Source: Patescibacteria group bacterium
GTDB lineage: Bacteria; Patescibacteriota; JABMPQ01; JAHIRA01
Length of the DNA: 64,000 nt
NCBI GenBank assembly: GCA_018818205.1
Contig: JAHISJ010000002.1
Location: 3,895-67,894, forward strand
Direction of reading: 5' to 3'
The notes beneath the pieces are model-generated. The model was not told the origin of the DNA. It made no database searches and was given only the letters and a program-made list of their open reading frames with translations. Below, one piece after another: positions 31,840-42,273 of this stretch (positions are counted from its first letter, which is position 1; each line of letters opens with the position of its first letter). The translations under genes were made by a program, and so were the position numbers.

Positions 31840-32208
31840 ATGGCCTTTATATATATTGCAGCGACGTCGCTGATGACAGTAGGGTGTCAGTTACTGCTTA
31901 AGTGGAGAGCTACAAAAGTTAATCTTGAACTTGCCGGTAGCGATGAGAAACTAGCTTTTCTTATTAAAATGATCAAGGATCCTTTGGTAATTTTGGCGTT
32001 TCTTTTGGCACTGGGCGCTTCTGTTTTTTGGATGCTTGCACTTTCACAAAGAATCGAGCTGAGCACAGCGTATTCTTTGACGAGCATGAGTTTCATTATT
32101 ATCTTTATTTCTTCGGTTTTCCTTTTTCATGAGTCAATTAGCATATTAAAAATTATTGGTCTTACCTCAATTATTTTTGGCATTGTAGTACTTAGTAGAG
32201 GGTTATGA
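31840..32208 (+). CDS. SMR/EamA-like small transporter (ArnE/F-type flippase)
   Basis: Four TMs; FWMLALS...LSTAYSL and FHESIS motifs. Confidence 0.75.
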   Translation: MAFIYIAATSLMTVGCQLLLKWRATKVNLELAGSDEKLAFLIKMIKDPLVILAFLLALGASVFWMLALSQRIELSTAYSLTSMSFIIIFISSVFLFHESISILKIIGLTSIIFGIVVLSRGL

Positions 32209-33344
32209 CAATGATTCCATTTAACAGGCCACCGTACGTTGGTAAAGAGATAGAGTATATAATACAGGCAGTAGAAGCAAGAAATTTGAGTGGTGATGGC
32301 AGTTTTACTAAAAAATGCCAGGAAGCCATGCAGGATATGTTCGCGTGTAAGAATATTTTTTTAACAACATCTTGCTCAAGTGCGCTTGATATGGCAGCAA
32401 TACTGCTTGAAATAAAAGAGGGTGATGAGGTCATCATGCCATCGTACACGTTTCCGTCTACTGCGAATGCGTTTGCACTGCGTGGAGCACGTATTATTTT
32501 TGTTGATATTAGGTCTGACACTCAAAATATCGATGAAGCCCTGGTAGAGTCAGCAATTACAGAAAAAACAAAGGCTATTGTGGTCGTACATTATGCAGGT
32601 GTGGCATGTGACATGGATGTAATTAACGCTATTGCACAGGAACGTGGTCTTTATGTTGTTGAGGATGCCGCTCAAGGAGTTATGTCGACATACAAGGGGA
32701 GATATCTTGGAACACTTAGTGATATAGGGTGCTACAGTTTTCATGAAACAAAAAACTATACGTGCGGCGAAGGCGGCGCTATAGTTGTTAATAATGAGAA
32801 CTTTCTAGAACGTGCTGAAATTATCAGAGAGAAAGGGACAAATCGAGCAAAGTTCTTTAGAGGAGAGATCGATAAATATTCATGGGTTGATGTGGGCTCT
32901 TCGTATCTTCCCAGTGAACTCAATGCAGCCTATCTCTGGGCACAAATTGAGAAAATGAGGGAAATAAATGAAAACAGAATTGCACTATGGAACGTGTATA
33001 ATGAGCATTTACAGGAACTTGAAGAAAATGGAGACGCAACACTTCCGATAGTACCGGAAAATTGTGAGCACAATGGTCACATGTACTACATTAAAACTAA
33101 CGATTTAGATACGCGTACACAGTTAATACAGCACCTAAAGGCAAAGAAGATCTTAAGTGTTTTCCATTATGTGCCATTGCATTCCTCTGTAGCTGGCAAA
33201 AAGCTTGGTACGTTTCATGGTGACGATACGATTACCACAGATACCAGTGAACGACTACTGAGACTTCCCTTTTATTATGAGATGGACAATGCGCATATAC
33301 GTATAGTAATTAATACTGTCTATGATTTTTTCAAAAACAATTGA
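32205..33344 (+). CDS. wecE: dTDP-4-amino-4,6-dideoxygalactose transaminase
   Basis: MIPFNRP, SGDGSFTKKC, SFHETKN, EKGTNR and FHYVPLH motifs. Confidence 0.92.
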   Translation: MTMIPFNRPPYVGKEIEYIIQAVEARNLSGDGSFTKKCQEAMQDMFACKNIFLTTSCSSALDMAAILLEIKEGDEVIMPSYTFPSTANAFALRGARIIFVDIRSDTQNIDEALVESAITEKTKAIVVVHYAGVACDMDVINAIAQERGLYVVEDAAQGVMSTYKGRYLGTLSDIGCYSFHETKNYTCGEGGAIVVNNENFLERAEIIREKGTNRAKFFRGEIDKYSWVDVGSSYLPSELNAAYLWAQIEKMREINENRIALWNVYNEHLQELEENGDATLPIVPENCEHNGHMYYIKTNDLDTRTQLIQHLKAKKILSVFHYVPLHSSVAGKKLGTFHGDDTITTDTSERLLRLPFYYEMDNAHIRIVINTVYDFFKNN

Positions 33345-34860
33345 AGAGGTAAAAAAAATCATTTCTGCGTTAAGCTTGAGCAAAAAAGACATACCGCTTC
33401 TTGTGGTCGGATTTATGGCTTCTTTTCTTTCGCGTGGGGTGCTTTTGTTTTCCTTAGGATACAATACAGACGATTTTTCCATGATGCTTGGCCCCACACG
33501 TAACGGGTATCTACTTGTTTCATACGGAAGATGGGGGATAGCGATCGTTCATAAAGGGTTAGCGATGCTTGGCGTTGAAGCAAACTACGGAACACCCTTT
33601 TTAGTCTTCTTTTCATTTATTGCACTTGCCTACTGTGGCGTGCTCCTCTGTAAGATGTGGGGCATACAAGATAAGCTTGTGCTCTCAAGTGTTGTAATAC
33701 TTCTATTTATTGTACATCCGTATCAAAGTGGTATTTACACGTATTCCTTAGCAATAGTTACGGTTGGACTTGCACTTCTTTTCACATTTGTCCCACTCTA
33801 TGTTCTTACGATCAGGAAGTCAAAAATAATCATTGGGCTTTCTGCCATTCTTTTTTGTTTTGCGTTAAGTATCTATCAAATTACTATAAATTATGCGTTG
33901 GTAGTAGTGTTGGTACTTGTATTGTTGACTTTTTTACGCACTGTTAAGAAAGGACAAAAGACTATTAGTGCATTAAAATACGCATTTAAAAAGTCGTCAG
34001 TACATTTTTTTGTTTTGATTTTAGGAACAGCTTTGTATGGCTGTATTTCATGGATTATCATAAAAGTCCTCGCTATTTTACCATATAGTAGAAGTCAGAT
34101 TCTTTCATTTTCTCCTGAGGAGCTTTTTAAGAGAGCTACACAAATTGCTAATCTCTTTTACGAAATTTTGTTTGTTCATGAGGCTATTAATCCGGGCACT
34201 CTTAAGTACATTGCATTGTTCGTTTTAATGGGGAGTATAGTTGCAGTAGCGGTAAATAGTTGCAGAGGAAAAGTGACATCTTTTGTCGTATATTTAGCAC
34301 TCTTGGTGTCAGTTTTTCTTTCTGTAATTGGTATTTCATTAGCGCTCAAGATTTGGTTTTTTGAGCCACGTCTTTATGCGGCAATCGGCCTTGCTTGGGC
34401 CGCAGTAGTGGTAAGTGGCTATCTATCATTTAGAAGTGTATTTGCAAGGAAAGTATTCATTGCATTATCGGTAGTAGTCATTATTGGTTTTATAAGTATT
34501 GATAATCATATCTTTATTGACAGAATACGAATGAATTCGTTTGATCGAGCTCTTTCTAATAGAATAGTAGCAGCACTTGAACAGAATCCAAACAGTGATA
34601 AGGTAGAACGAATAGTTATCTTGGGAGAGTATGAACATCAGCAACCTGTACAGTCAAGTTTTGCATTAGACTCTTTTTCAAAGGGGTATGCCAAAGTTCA
34701 CTTGCTTAACGAATTTACCGGATATAGCTTTTTAAAGCCGAATGAAGCTGACAGTGAAAAAGCAAACCAGGCGTGTTTGAAGGTATCCAAATGGCCAAAT
34801 CCAGAATCAACTATGATTTTTGATGACCTGGGGGTTGTATGTTTGTCTGAAGTAGAATAA
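33322..34860 (+). CDS. GtrII-like membrane glycosyltransferase (GT-C)
   Basis: YNTDD...GRWG and LSIYQ motifs, multiple TMs, C-terminal KWPNPES. Confidence 0.72.
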   Translation: MIFSKTIEEVKKIISALSLSKKDIPLLVVGFMASFLSRGVLLFSLGYNTDDFSMMLGPTRNGYLLVSYGRWGIAIVHKGLAMLGVEANYGTPFLVFFSFIALAYCGVLLCKMWGIQDKLVLSSVVILLFIVHPYQSGIYTYSLAIVTVGLALLFTFVPLYVLTIRKSKIIIGLSAILFCFALSIYQITINYALVVVLVLVLLTFLRTVKKGQKTISALKYAFKKSSVHFFVLILGTALYGCISWIIIKVLAILPYSRSQILSFSPEELFKRATQIANLFYEILFVHEAINPGTLKYIALFVLMGSIVAVAVNSCRGKVTSFVVYLALLVSVFLSVIGISLALKIWFFEPRLYAAIGLAWAAVVVSGYLSFRSVFARKVFIALSVVVIIGFISIDNHIFIDRIRMNSFDRALSNRIVAALEQNPNSDKVERIVILGEYEHQQPVQSSFALDSFSKGYAKVHLLNEFTGYSFLKPNEADSEKANQACLKVSKWPNPESTMIFDDLGVVCLSEVE

Positions 34861-34883
34861 AAGTGACAGCTAATAATTAACGT

Positions 34884-35522
34884 ATGCAAGACGAGAGTGG
34901 AGTAAGAAAAATTTTAAATGATGGAGTCTTTTATGATTTTCTGCAGAATATTTTAGGTGCTGGAAAGGCACGAGTATGGCTTGCTGAAAACTATTGGAAT
35001 GTAAAAAAAGGAGACTCTATTATCGATATAGGGTGTGGTACAGGAGAAGTGTTGGACTATCTTGACTTTGATATACAATACACTGGGTTCGACGTTAGTA
35101 AAAAATATATTGATGTAGCTCGAAAGAAATATGGTAACCGTGGAAAGTTCAGTATTGGCACTGCTGAAGAATTTCTAAGAAATCCAAATACATTACCTGA
35201 GGCTGACTTGGTGCTTTGTAATGGCCTGCTTCACCATCTTGAAGATAAAGAAGTAATGCAAGTGCTTGAGCTTTCAAAGGAACTATTGGCAGAAAAAGGA
35301 CGCTTAGTGTGTGTAGAGCCTGTATTTCTAAAAAAACAAACGAAGGCGTCCAAGTGGCTTATGAGTAAGGATAGGGGGCAGAATGTTCGTTCTTTTGATG
35401 AGTGGAATAAAATTGTTGGGAAAATCTTTAATACTTTCTCTCTTGATGTTACTACTGGTCTCATTAGGGCTCCCTATGTTCATGTTATAATTACGTGCAA
35501 TAATGTGCCTGATACTGCATAG
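34884..35522 (+). CDS. class I SAM-dependent methyltransferase
   Basis: IDIGCGTG and GLLHHL motifs. Confidence 0.88.
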   Translation: MQDESGVRKILNDGVFYDFLQNILGAGKARVWLAENYWNVKKGDSIIDIGCGTGEVLDYLDFDIQYTGFDVSKKYIDVARKKYGNRGKFSIGTAEEFLRNPNTLPEADLVLCNGLLHHLEDKEVMQVLELSKELLAEKGRLVCVEPVFLKKQTKASKWLMSKDRGQNVRSFDEWNKIVGKIFNTFSLDVTTGLIRAPYVHVIITCNNVPDTA

Positions 35523-35579
35523 TAGAAACTCTTGTTAATTAGCGTCTATGTGGTATCCTACTTGTGTATTTGAGTACAT

Positions 35580-35655
35580 GGGCCCGTAGCTCAGTTGGTA
35601 GAGCACTTGTTTTGCATACAAGGGGTCAGCGGTTCGAATCCGCTCGGGTCCACCA
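35580..35655 (+). tRNA. tRNA-Ala(TGC)
   Basis: GGGCCCG acceptor stem with G3:U70, TGC anticodon and encoded CCA. Confidence 0.97.
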
Positions 35656-35787
35656 GAAATACATAGCAGTATTTCCTTACGAACAATTGAATAGTAGTAT
35701 TTGAGGTTCCTTTAAGAAGAGGAATTTTTTAGTCGAAAAAAGAGTATTATTATGGTATACTTTTGTCATATTAGTAGATAAAAAAAG

Positions 35788-36891
35788 ATGAAAAATAAAA
35801 ATATACTTATTGTTGCGCTTGTCATTGTTTTTGGACTTATCGTTATTTTAGGACTAAGTTTTGCCTTGTACTCGTCTTTTTATAACAATAAAGCTGACGT
35901 AGCCAAAGAAGATCCTTCTCTTTCTGAAGAACTGATTATTGCAAATTGGGAAGACTACTTTGCCGAAGGAATTATTGAGGATTTTGAAGAAGAATATGGC
36001 GTGAAGGTAGAGCTTGAGACCTACGATAACGAAGAAGACATTTTTTCAGAAGTGCAATCCGATTTATCAAAGTATGACCTCGTTGTTGTAACGGATGTCT
36101 TAGCAGAAGAAATGCAGAGTCTTAAGCTCCTATCGCAGTTGAATTTTACCTATATTCCTAATTATGAAAACATAGATGAGGCTTTTAGCCTTCCGGATTA
36201 CGCTACTCAAGGCGGCTACTTGGTTCCCTATCTTTGGGGTACGACAGGAATAGTGGCGAATACCGAATTTGTCGATGTGAGTAACAGTGGCTGGGAAATG
36301 ATGTGGAATCATGAATATTCCGGAAGGGTGAGCATGCTCAATGACAAGCGTGAAGTGATTGGAGCGGCACTAAAGCTTCAAGGGGATTCATTGAATTCAC
36401 AAGATCCGGATGAGCTTGCACGTGCTGAACAGAAACTGCTTGAGCAAAAAAATCTTGATGTAACCTACCTAGGACCACTAGAAGCTACAGAAAAGATTGC
36501 TGCAGGTGAACTTTGGCTTAGCCAAGTGTATAGTGGCGACGCACTTGACATTATTGATAGTAATCCCGATTTAAATCTTGAATATATTATTCCTGTCGAA
36601 GGAACGGCAATATGGGTAGATAATATGGTAATTCCTCGGGACGCAAAACACAAATATACCGCTGAAACGTTTATAAATTATCTGCTTAGGCCGGAAGTCT
36701 CTGCACGCAATGCAAGTGAACTGTGGTACGCAAATCCAAATACCAAAGCTGAACCACTTATGGACGCCGCAGTTCTTGAGGATACAAACGTGTATCCTCC
36801 ACTTGAAGCATTGGAAAAATCGGAGTACATTCAAAGTGTTGGTGACGCAACGTCGCTTTACAATAAGATTTGGTCATTGCTGCAACAATAA
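35788..36891 (+). CDS. spermidine/putrescine-binding protein (PotD/PotF family), TM-anchored
   Basis: NWEDY, PYLWGTTGI, YSGD, EGTAIWVDNMVIP and FINYLL motifs. Confidence 0.88.
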   Translation: MKNKNILIVALVIVFGLIVILGLSFALYSSFYNNKADVAKEDPSLSEELIIANWEDYFAEGIIEDFEEEYGVKVELETYDNEEDIFSEVQSDLSKYDLVVVTDVLAEEMQSLKLLSQLNFTYIPNYENIDEAFSLPDYATQGGYLVPYLWGTTGIVANTEFVDVSNSGWEMMWNHEYSGRVSMLNDKREVIGAALKLQGDSLNSQDPDELARAEQKLLEQKNLDVTYLGPLEATEKIAAGELWLSQVYSGDALDIIDSNPDLNLEYIIPVEGTAIWVDNMVIPRDAKHKYTAETFINYLLRPEVSARNASELWYANPNTKAEPLMDAAVLEDTNVYPPLEALEKSEYIQSVGDATSLYNKIWSLLQQ

Positions 36892-38138
36892 TGGCTTCAA
36901 AAAATAAAAAAAGAACGCGAATTAGTTTTCGTATCAAATTGAGCCTGGTTTTGTTTATTGTAGGTATACTTCCCCTTATAGTCTTAAGCGTTGTGTATAT
37001 CCGACAAATGCAAAGTGCACTTCTTGAAACAACTAAAAACAGTTTGGAAGATATTGCAAAAACAAAAGGGGCAGAAATTGAACTGTATATTTCTAATAAT
37101 TTACTGGATTTACAGATAGTAGCAAAAAATCCCGTACTGATGTCTTCAGAAAGCTCGCCTGAGGAAATTGAGTCAGAGCTTAAGAAAATCACTGAAATAT
37201 ATTCCACGTTTGATGATCTAAGTGTCGTTAATTTAGATGGTCATGTCATTGCATCAGTTGATCATCGATACCGAGGTGAATGGAGCACTAAACAATGGTT
37301 TATTGATGCACGCGATGGTAACGTATCAATGAGCAATGTTCATACTATTCCAGATCCGCTGAGGACAGTACTTGTGTTTACGGCGCCGGTTTTCAATGAA
37401 CGCAATGAAATACAGTCGGTTGTTGCGTTGCAAATATCTATGGAGGAAGTTTGGAACAGACTCAAAGGTACTCTTACGAGAGAAGGGAGCTATGCAATTC
37501 TTGTTGATGAAAATGGACGAATTCTCTATCACCCCAATCGTGAAGCGCTGTTTAGCGATATATCCCCGGAAATTAAAGGAGCCTCTCAAGAAAATTTTGG
37601 CTTTTTTACATTTGAGCAAGAGGGAGACGAATGGTTTAGTGGGTATCAGACTGTTGGACATGGTACAGCTTTTGGACATGGTCCATGGAAGATTTATATT
37701 GTTGAAAAAAGAGAGGTGGTTTTTAAACTCTTTGAAGAGTTGCAAAATCAAACGATTCTTTTTTTTGTGATTACGAGTATGCTTATGGTGTTTATTGGAC
37801 TTGTGCTGAGTATTTACATAACACGTCCAATTGAAAAATTAAAAAAAGCAACCAAGAAGTATGCTGAAGGTGAGTTTGATTACACAGTAGATATTTATAC
37901 GCGTGATGAGATGCATGATTTGGGTAAGAGTTTTAACGATATGGCGCTACAAATAAAAAAATCCAAAGATTTTCTTGAAAAGGAGGTAGATAGACGAACG
38001 AGTGAGCTACGTGAGAAAAACGCGGAGCTTATGAAGACTAATAAACTCATGGTTGGTCGTGAGCTAAAAATGGTTGAACTTAAAAAAATGGTTCAAGAAT
38101 GTGAAAGAAAAAAGGGCAGCCAAAAAAAACAAAAATAA
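36891..38138 (+). CDS. Cache plus HAMP domain membrane sensor without a recognisable output domain
   Basis: TM-dCache-TM-HAMP (ITRPIEKL...DEMHDLGKSFNDM), ending in a coiled coil GRELKMVELKK. Confidence 0.8.
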   Translation: MASKNKKRTRISFRIKLSLVLFIVGILPLIVLSVVYIRQMQSALLETTKNSLEDIAKTKGAEIELYISNNLLDLQIVAKNPVLMSSESSPEEIESELKKITEIYSTFDDLSVVNLDGHVIASVDHRYRGEWSTKQWFIDARDGNVSMSNVHTIPDPLRTVLVFTAPVFNERNEIQSVVALQISMEEVWNRLKGTLTREGSYAILVDENGRILYHPNREALFSDISPEIKGASQENFGFFTFEQEGDEWFSGYQTVGHGTAFGHGPWKIYIVEKREVVFKLFEELQNQTILFFVITSMLMVFIGLVLSIYITRPIEKLKKATKKYAEGEFDYTVDIYTRDEMHDLGKSFNDMALQIKKSKDFLEKEVDRRTSELREKNAELMKTNKLMVGRELKMVELKKMVQECERKKGSQKKQK

Positions 38139-38266
38139 GTAGCAAAGGCAAAAAGCTATTAGGTTTTTAAAATAACGAACACTTTGACATACACAATGAT
38201 GCTGATCCTTGGCATAAAGAGAGAGGAGTGATACAATCAAAAAGCTATCATGTATAGGTTTCACAA

Positions 38267-39064
38267 ATGAGTTATATTGATGCAGTCATTTTAGGGCTTG
38301 TGCAAGGGTTAACTGAGTTTATTCCGGTGTCCAGTTCCGGACATTTAGTTCTTGTTCGCGATGTTCTTGGAATATCAGAGGGAGGCCTCTTTTTTGATGT
38401 GATTTTGCATCTAGGGACTCTTCTTGCAGTTATTATATATTTCAGAAAAGATCTCCTAGAACTCATTGTAAATTTTTCAAAAGATAAAAAAGTATTTTTT
38501 CTGCTCATAATTGGTACCATTCCAGCAATAGTGATAGGTTTTTTCCTAAGTGATCTGCTTGAGCAAATATCTGATTTTGTTTATATTGTTCCAGTGTTAA
38601 TGGTAGTTACTGGAATCCTTTTTTTGGTAAGTGAACGTGTATACGCAAGAAAAGACAAAAAAAAGCTCATTACTTCCTTAGATAAAATAAAATATAAAGA
38701 TGCGACATATATTGGCCTTTTGCAGGCGTGTGCATTGCTCCCCGGTGTTTCTAGGTCGGGAGTAACAATCGTCGGTGGGTTCTTTAGGTCGCTTAAAAGA
38801 GAAACAGCTGCAAAGTTTTCATTTTTCTTATCAATCCCTGCTATTTTGGCAGCTGCAGCATATACGACATATGAAGCAGTAGGTGAAAACGGTGGCATAC
38901 TTATAGAGGGACCGACTGTTCTTGGTTTCTTTGTATCTTTTCTTTCAGGGCTCTTTGCGGTTGCCTTTTTGATGAGATATATAAGAAAGCATGGGTTAAA
39001 CGTTTTTGCTTACTATTTGTTTGCAGTCTCAGGTATCTTAATACTCTTTTACCTACTTCGATGA
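38267..39064 (+). CDS. uppP: undecaprenyl-diphosphate phosphatase
   Basis: QGLTEFIPVSSSGHL and PGVSRSG motifs. Confidence 0.95.
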   Translation: MSYIDAVILGLVQGLTEFIPVSSSGHLVLVRDVLGISEGGLFFDVILHLGTLLAVIIYFRKDLLELIVNFSKDKKVFFLLIIGTIPAIVIGFFLSDLLEQISDFVYIVPVLMVVTGILFLVSERVYARKDKKKLITSLDKIKYKDATYIGLLQACALLPGVSRSGVTIVGGFFRSLKRETAAKFSFFLSIPAILAAAAYTTYEAVGENGGILIEGPTVLGFFVSFLSGLFAVAFLMRYIRKHGLNVFAYYLFAVSGILILFYLLR

Positions 39065-39519
39065 TGCGAGATATTTGGAAAGGTAAAAAAGTAAGTATAC
39101 TTTCAAAAGATGAACATGATACCAGACGAGTTGGTGCTGAACTTGCATCGATGATTTCTCCAAAGACAGTCGTGGCATTAAGCGGAGACCTTGGATATGG
39201 CAAGACGGAATTTGTAAAAGGGTTTGCAAAATACTTGGGAGTAAATGAGCCAGTCTCAAGTCCGACATTTGTGCTCTATAAAGAGTACTCGGTTTCCAAA
39301 GGAGATAGTAGGCGGCTGTATCACTTTGATTTATATAGACTTGCGTCACCTGAGGATCTTACTTCCCTTGGTTTTGAGGAAATCATAGATGATAACGAAG
39401 GTGTCTCGATCATTGAATGGGCTGAGAAGATCCCTGAGCTTATACCAAAAGGGAGCGTACAGGTACACTTTTCATATTTAGACGCAGCAAGGCGTAAACT
39501 TACTTTTTCTGTAACATAA
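39061..39519 (+). CDS. tsaE: t6A biosynthesis ATPase TsaE
   Basis: GDLGYGKT, SSPTF, HFDLYRL and IEW motifs. Confidence 0.94.
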   Translation: MMRDIWKGKKVSILSKDEHDTRRVGAELASMISPKTVVALSGDLGYGKTEFVKGFAKYLGVNEPVSSPTFVLYKEYSVSKGDSRRLYHFDLYRLASPEDLTSLGFEEIIDDNEGVSIIEWAEKIPELIPKGSVQVHFSYLDAARRKLTFSVT

Positions 39520-39599
39520 AACTGTTTGTACACACATCTCTTGGACAGAGACACTAATCTCTCGTATAATGAGAGGCACTTATAACATAATCAAACACT

Positions 39600-39917
39600 A
39601 TGCCCGCACTTCATATCGATGATACTCATTTTGAAGAAGAGGTAGTAAAATCAGACAAGATTGTGCTCGTAGATTTTTTCGCATCGTGGTGTGGTCCATG
39701 TCAAGCTCTTGGTCCCATCATTGATGAACTTGCTGATGAACAGCAAGAGTTTAAGATTTGTAAAATCGATATTGATGCAAACAGTGAATCTGCATCAAAG
39801 TATGGGGTAATGAGCATTCCTACACTGGTGTTCTTCAAAGAGGGGGCCGAGGTAAATCGTCTGCAGGGACTTAAAACAAAAGAAGAGCTTTTAGAGACAC
39901 TTACTAATCTTAAGTAA
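39600..39917 (+). CDS. trxA: thioredoxin
   Basis: WCGPC active site. Confidence 0.95.
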   Translation: MPALHIDDTHFEEEVVKSDKIVLVDFFASWCGPCQALGPIIDELADEQQEFKICKIDIDANSESASKYGVMSIPTLVFFKEGAEVNRLQGLKTKEELLETLTNLK

Positions 39918-39929
39918 GGGAGCAATTCC

Positions 39930-40622
39930 ATGAAACTGCTCGGGTATTTTTTGCTGGGGCTCCTTCCAGGACTTTTCTGGATGTGGTTTTATTTACGAAA
40001 GGACAGAGAAAAACCAGAGCCTATAAAGCTTATTGCTAAGGTGTTTCTTTTTGGCATGGCTGCAACGTTTCCTGCAATAGCCCTTGAATTTGCCATAGAT
40101 TACTTTTTCCCCTTTTCTGGACAGAGGGGGCTTGTACCCATTATACTTGGATCTTTGCTTGTTGTTGCTCCCGTGGAGGAACTGCTGAAGTACGTGGTAG
40201 TCCGAGATGTTGTGTTTAAAGATCCTCATTTTGATGAACCGGTTGATGGAATAATGTATGCTGTTGTCGCAGCACTGGGGTTTGCGTCGCTGGAAAACTT
40301 ACTCGTAGTGTTTAGTGAAGGCGGAACGGTACTCTTACTCAGGTTTGCAACCGCAACACTGATGCACGCTCTGACATCAGGAATCGTCGGATATTACATT
40401 GGGCGAGGAATGATAGAACCCGAGAAGAAAAAAGCGTATATTCGGCAAGGGCTGTTTCTTGCGATACTGCTCCATGCACTTTACAATATTAGTGTTTCGC
40501 TGAGTAGCAATCTCATATTAACCATAGTACTGGTCACTGTTTTACTCGGTGCAATGTTCTACATACTCTCTCAAGGAATAAAAGAGTTAAAGCTTTTTAC
40601 GGTAAAACGGCGAGTTGAATAG
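39930..40622 (+). CDS. PrsW family intramembrane metalloprotease
   Basis: VEELLK, GFASLEN, MHA and HALYN motifs. Confidence 0.9.
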   Translation: MKLLGYFLLGLLPGLFWMWFYLRKDREKPEPIKLIAKVFLFGMAATFPAIALEFAIDYFFPFSGQRGLVPIILGSLLVVAPVEELLKYVVVRDVVFKDPHFDEPVDGIMYAVVAALGFASLENLLVVFSEGGTVLLLRFATATLMHALTSGIVGYYIGRGMIEPEKKKAYIRQGLFLAILLHALYNISVSLSSNLILTIVLVTVLLGAMFYILSQGIKELKLFTVKRRVE

Positions 40623-40701
40623 TAGTGTATATAGGTTTTGCATCGGAAGCAAAAATAGTATATAATGGTCACAGAAACTTTAGTTTTAATGTGAAAATAA
40701 A

Positions 40702-41280
40702 ATGGCTCTTGGAAAAATTCTTGGTGGGCTACGTTCAAAGAACGTACCATCCGATGATGATAAAGCAACTAACTTAGGCAAGTCTCTTGAGGTAGAAACA
40801 ATGCCACAAGAGCTTAACGAGGAAGAGGAATTTGAAGAAAAGGACATTGCTATAGAAGAAGATGATAATGGTGAAGACTATTCAGAGGAGTTAGAAGCAG
40901 ATGAAACGGAGCCACCAGAAGAAGCTGAAGGTGGATTATCATCAGAATACGAAGGCCAGCTTACCATAGACGTTTTCCAAACCGACAAAGATATTGTTAT
41001 TAAATCAACCATTGCAGGCGTGAGCCCGGAGAGTATTGATGTTTCTATTGATAACGACATGGTCACCATAAAAGGTGAACGCAGCAATGAGCATGAAGTC
41101 TCAGAAGAAGATTACTATTATCAAGAGTGTTATTGGGGAGCTTTCTCACGTAGTGTTATTTTGCCTGTTGATGTTGTTGCAGACAAGGCAGATGCAAAGC
41201 TCAAAAACGGTATATTGACTGTTAAACTACCAAAAGCGCATCAATCAAAGACCAAAAAGATTAGCGTTAAGGCAGCATAA
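40702..41280 (+). CDS. Hsp20/alpha-crystallin small heat shock protein
   Basis: ECYWGAFSRSVILP and LKNGILTVKLPK motifs. Confidence 0.92.
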   Translation: MALGKILGGLRSKNVPSDDDKATNLGKSLEVETMPQELNEEEEFEEKDIAIEEDDNGEDYSEELEADETEPPEEAEGGLSSEYEGQLTIDVFQTDKDIVIKSTIAGVSPESIDVSIDNDMVTIKGERSNEHEVSEEDYYYQECYWGAFSRSVILPVDVVADKADAKLKNGILTVKLPKAHQSKTKKISVKAA

Positions 41281-41305
41281 TATCAAATACAGTTTAGGAT
41301 ACAGT

Positions 41306-41330
41306 AGCCCCCTTTTATAGGGGGTTTTCT
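41306..41330 (+). terminator. intrinsic terminator
   Basis: AGCCCCCT-TTTAT-AGGGGGTTTT. Confidence 0.65.
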
Positions 41331-41370
41331 TCTTCACGGTATTTTTTTGTGTGATATAATTAACCATTGA

Positions 41371-41844
41371 ATGGAGAATTGCATGACTATTGTGGATTAC
41401 ATTGTTATAGCTGGTGTCTTAGTATGTATTGGATGGCTTTCCTATCTCACGTATATTTTTTTTGGTATACAAAAAGAGAAAAAGGAGGTGCTCTCATCAC
41501 TCAAGAGCGATGGTATAGATGATATTTTAGAAAAACATGGCAAACAACTTAAAAAAAGCGATATAGACTCAAAAGAACTCTACACAATAACTGACGAACT
41601 CTCTAAAAAGCTGAGCAGCAGTATTACTAAGTGTGGTGTTATTCGTTTTAATCCGTTCGCAGGCGAAGGAGGCAATCAAAGCTTTTCAATCGCACTTCTT
41701 AACGATCATAACACGGGAGCAGTAATTTCCAGTCTATATAGCAGAAACAGCGGGTCACGCTTTTTTGCAAAACCGGTAACAAATGGTGAGTCAGAAATCA
41801 ACCTAACCAATGAAGAGCGTGAAGCGATTAAAAATGCTAGCTAA
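41371..41844 (+). CDS. DUF4446 family protein
   Basis: RFNPF...GGNQSFSIALL...SLYSR motif. Confidence 0.85.
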   Translation: MENCMTIVDYIVIAGVLVCIGWLSYLTYIFFGIQKEKKEVLSSLKSDGIDDILEKHGKQLKKSDIDSKELYTITDELSKKLSSSITKCGVIRFNPFAGEGGNQSFSIALLNDHNTGAVISSLYSRNSGSRFFAKPVTNGESEINLTNEEREAIKNAS

Positions 41845-41859
41845 AAACACTAATACGAA

Positions 41860-42261
41860 ATGGCTATGTTTAAAGCAAAGACACTAGAGGAGAGGGAAAC
41901 AGTGCACACTAATGACGAAACGGTCATAGGCACATCCGTTAAACTGGAAGGGGATTTTAAAAGCGAAGGAGATGTAACGGTTAATGGTGAGGTCTCAGGC
42001 ACTGTATTTACTGAAGGCGATTTGACCGTTGGAGAGACGGCAATAGTCAAGGCAAACGTTCATGGGAAAAATGTTCTTATCGCGGGTAAGGTTGAGGGTG
42101 ATGTGAAGTCACAAGATAAGGTTGAGCTTAAAGCAAGCTGTAAAGTGATTGGCAACATTGAAACAAGTCGAATTGAAATTGCTGACGGCGCATTTTTTGG
42201 CGGGGAATGTATTATGGGAAAGACTTCCGATTCTTTAGAAACAGACGAGGGTGAAGCGTAA
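41860..42261 (+). CDS. bactofilin (polymer-forming cytoskeletal protein)
   Basis: ETVIG...EGDF...NGEVSG...IADGAFFGGECIM beta-helix repeats. Confidence 0.9.
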   Translation: MAMFKAKTLEERETVHTNDETVIGTSVKLEGDFKSEGDVTVNGEVSGTVFTEGDLTVGETAIVKANVHGKNVLIAGKVEGDVKSQDKVELKASCKVIGNIETSRIEIADGAFFGGECIMGKTSDSLETDEGEA

Positions 42262-42273
42262 CTAGAAAGTGGG

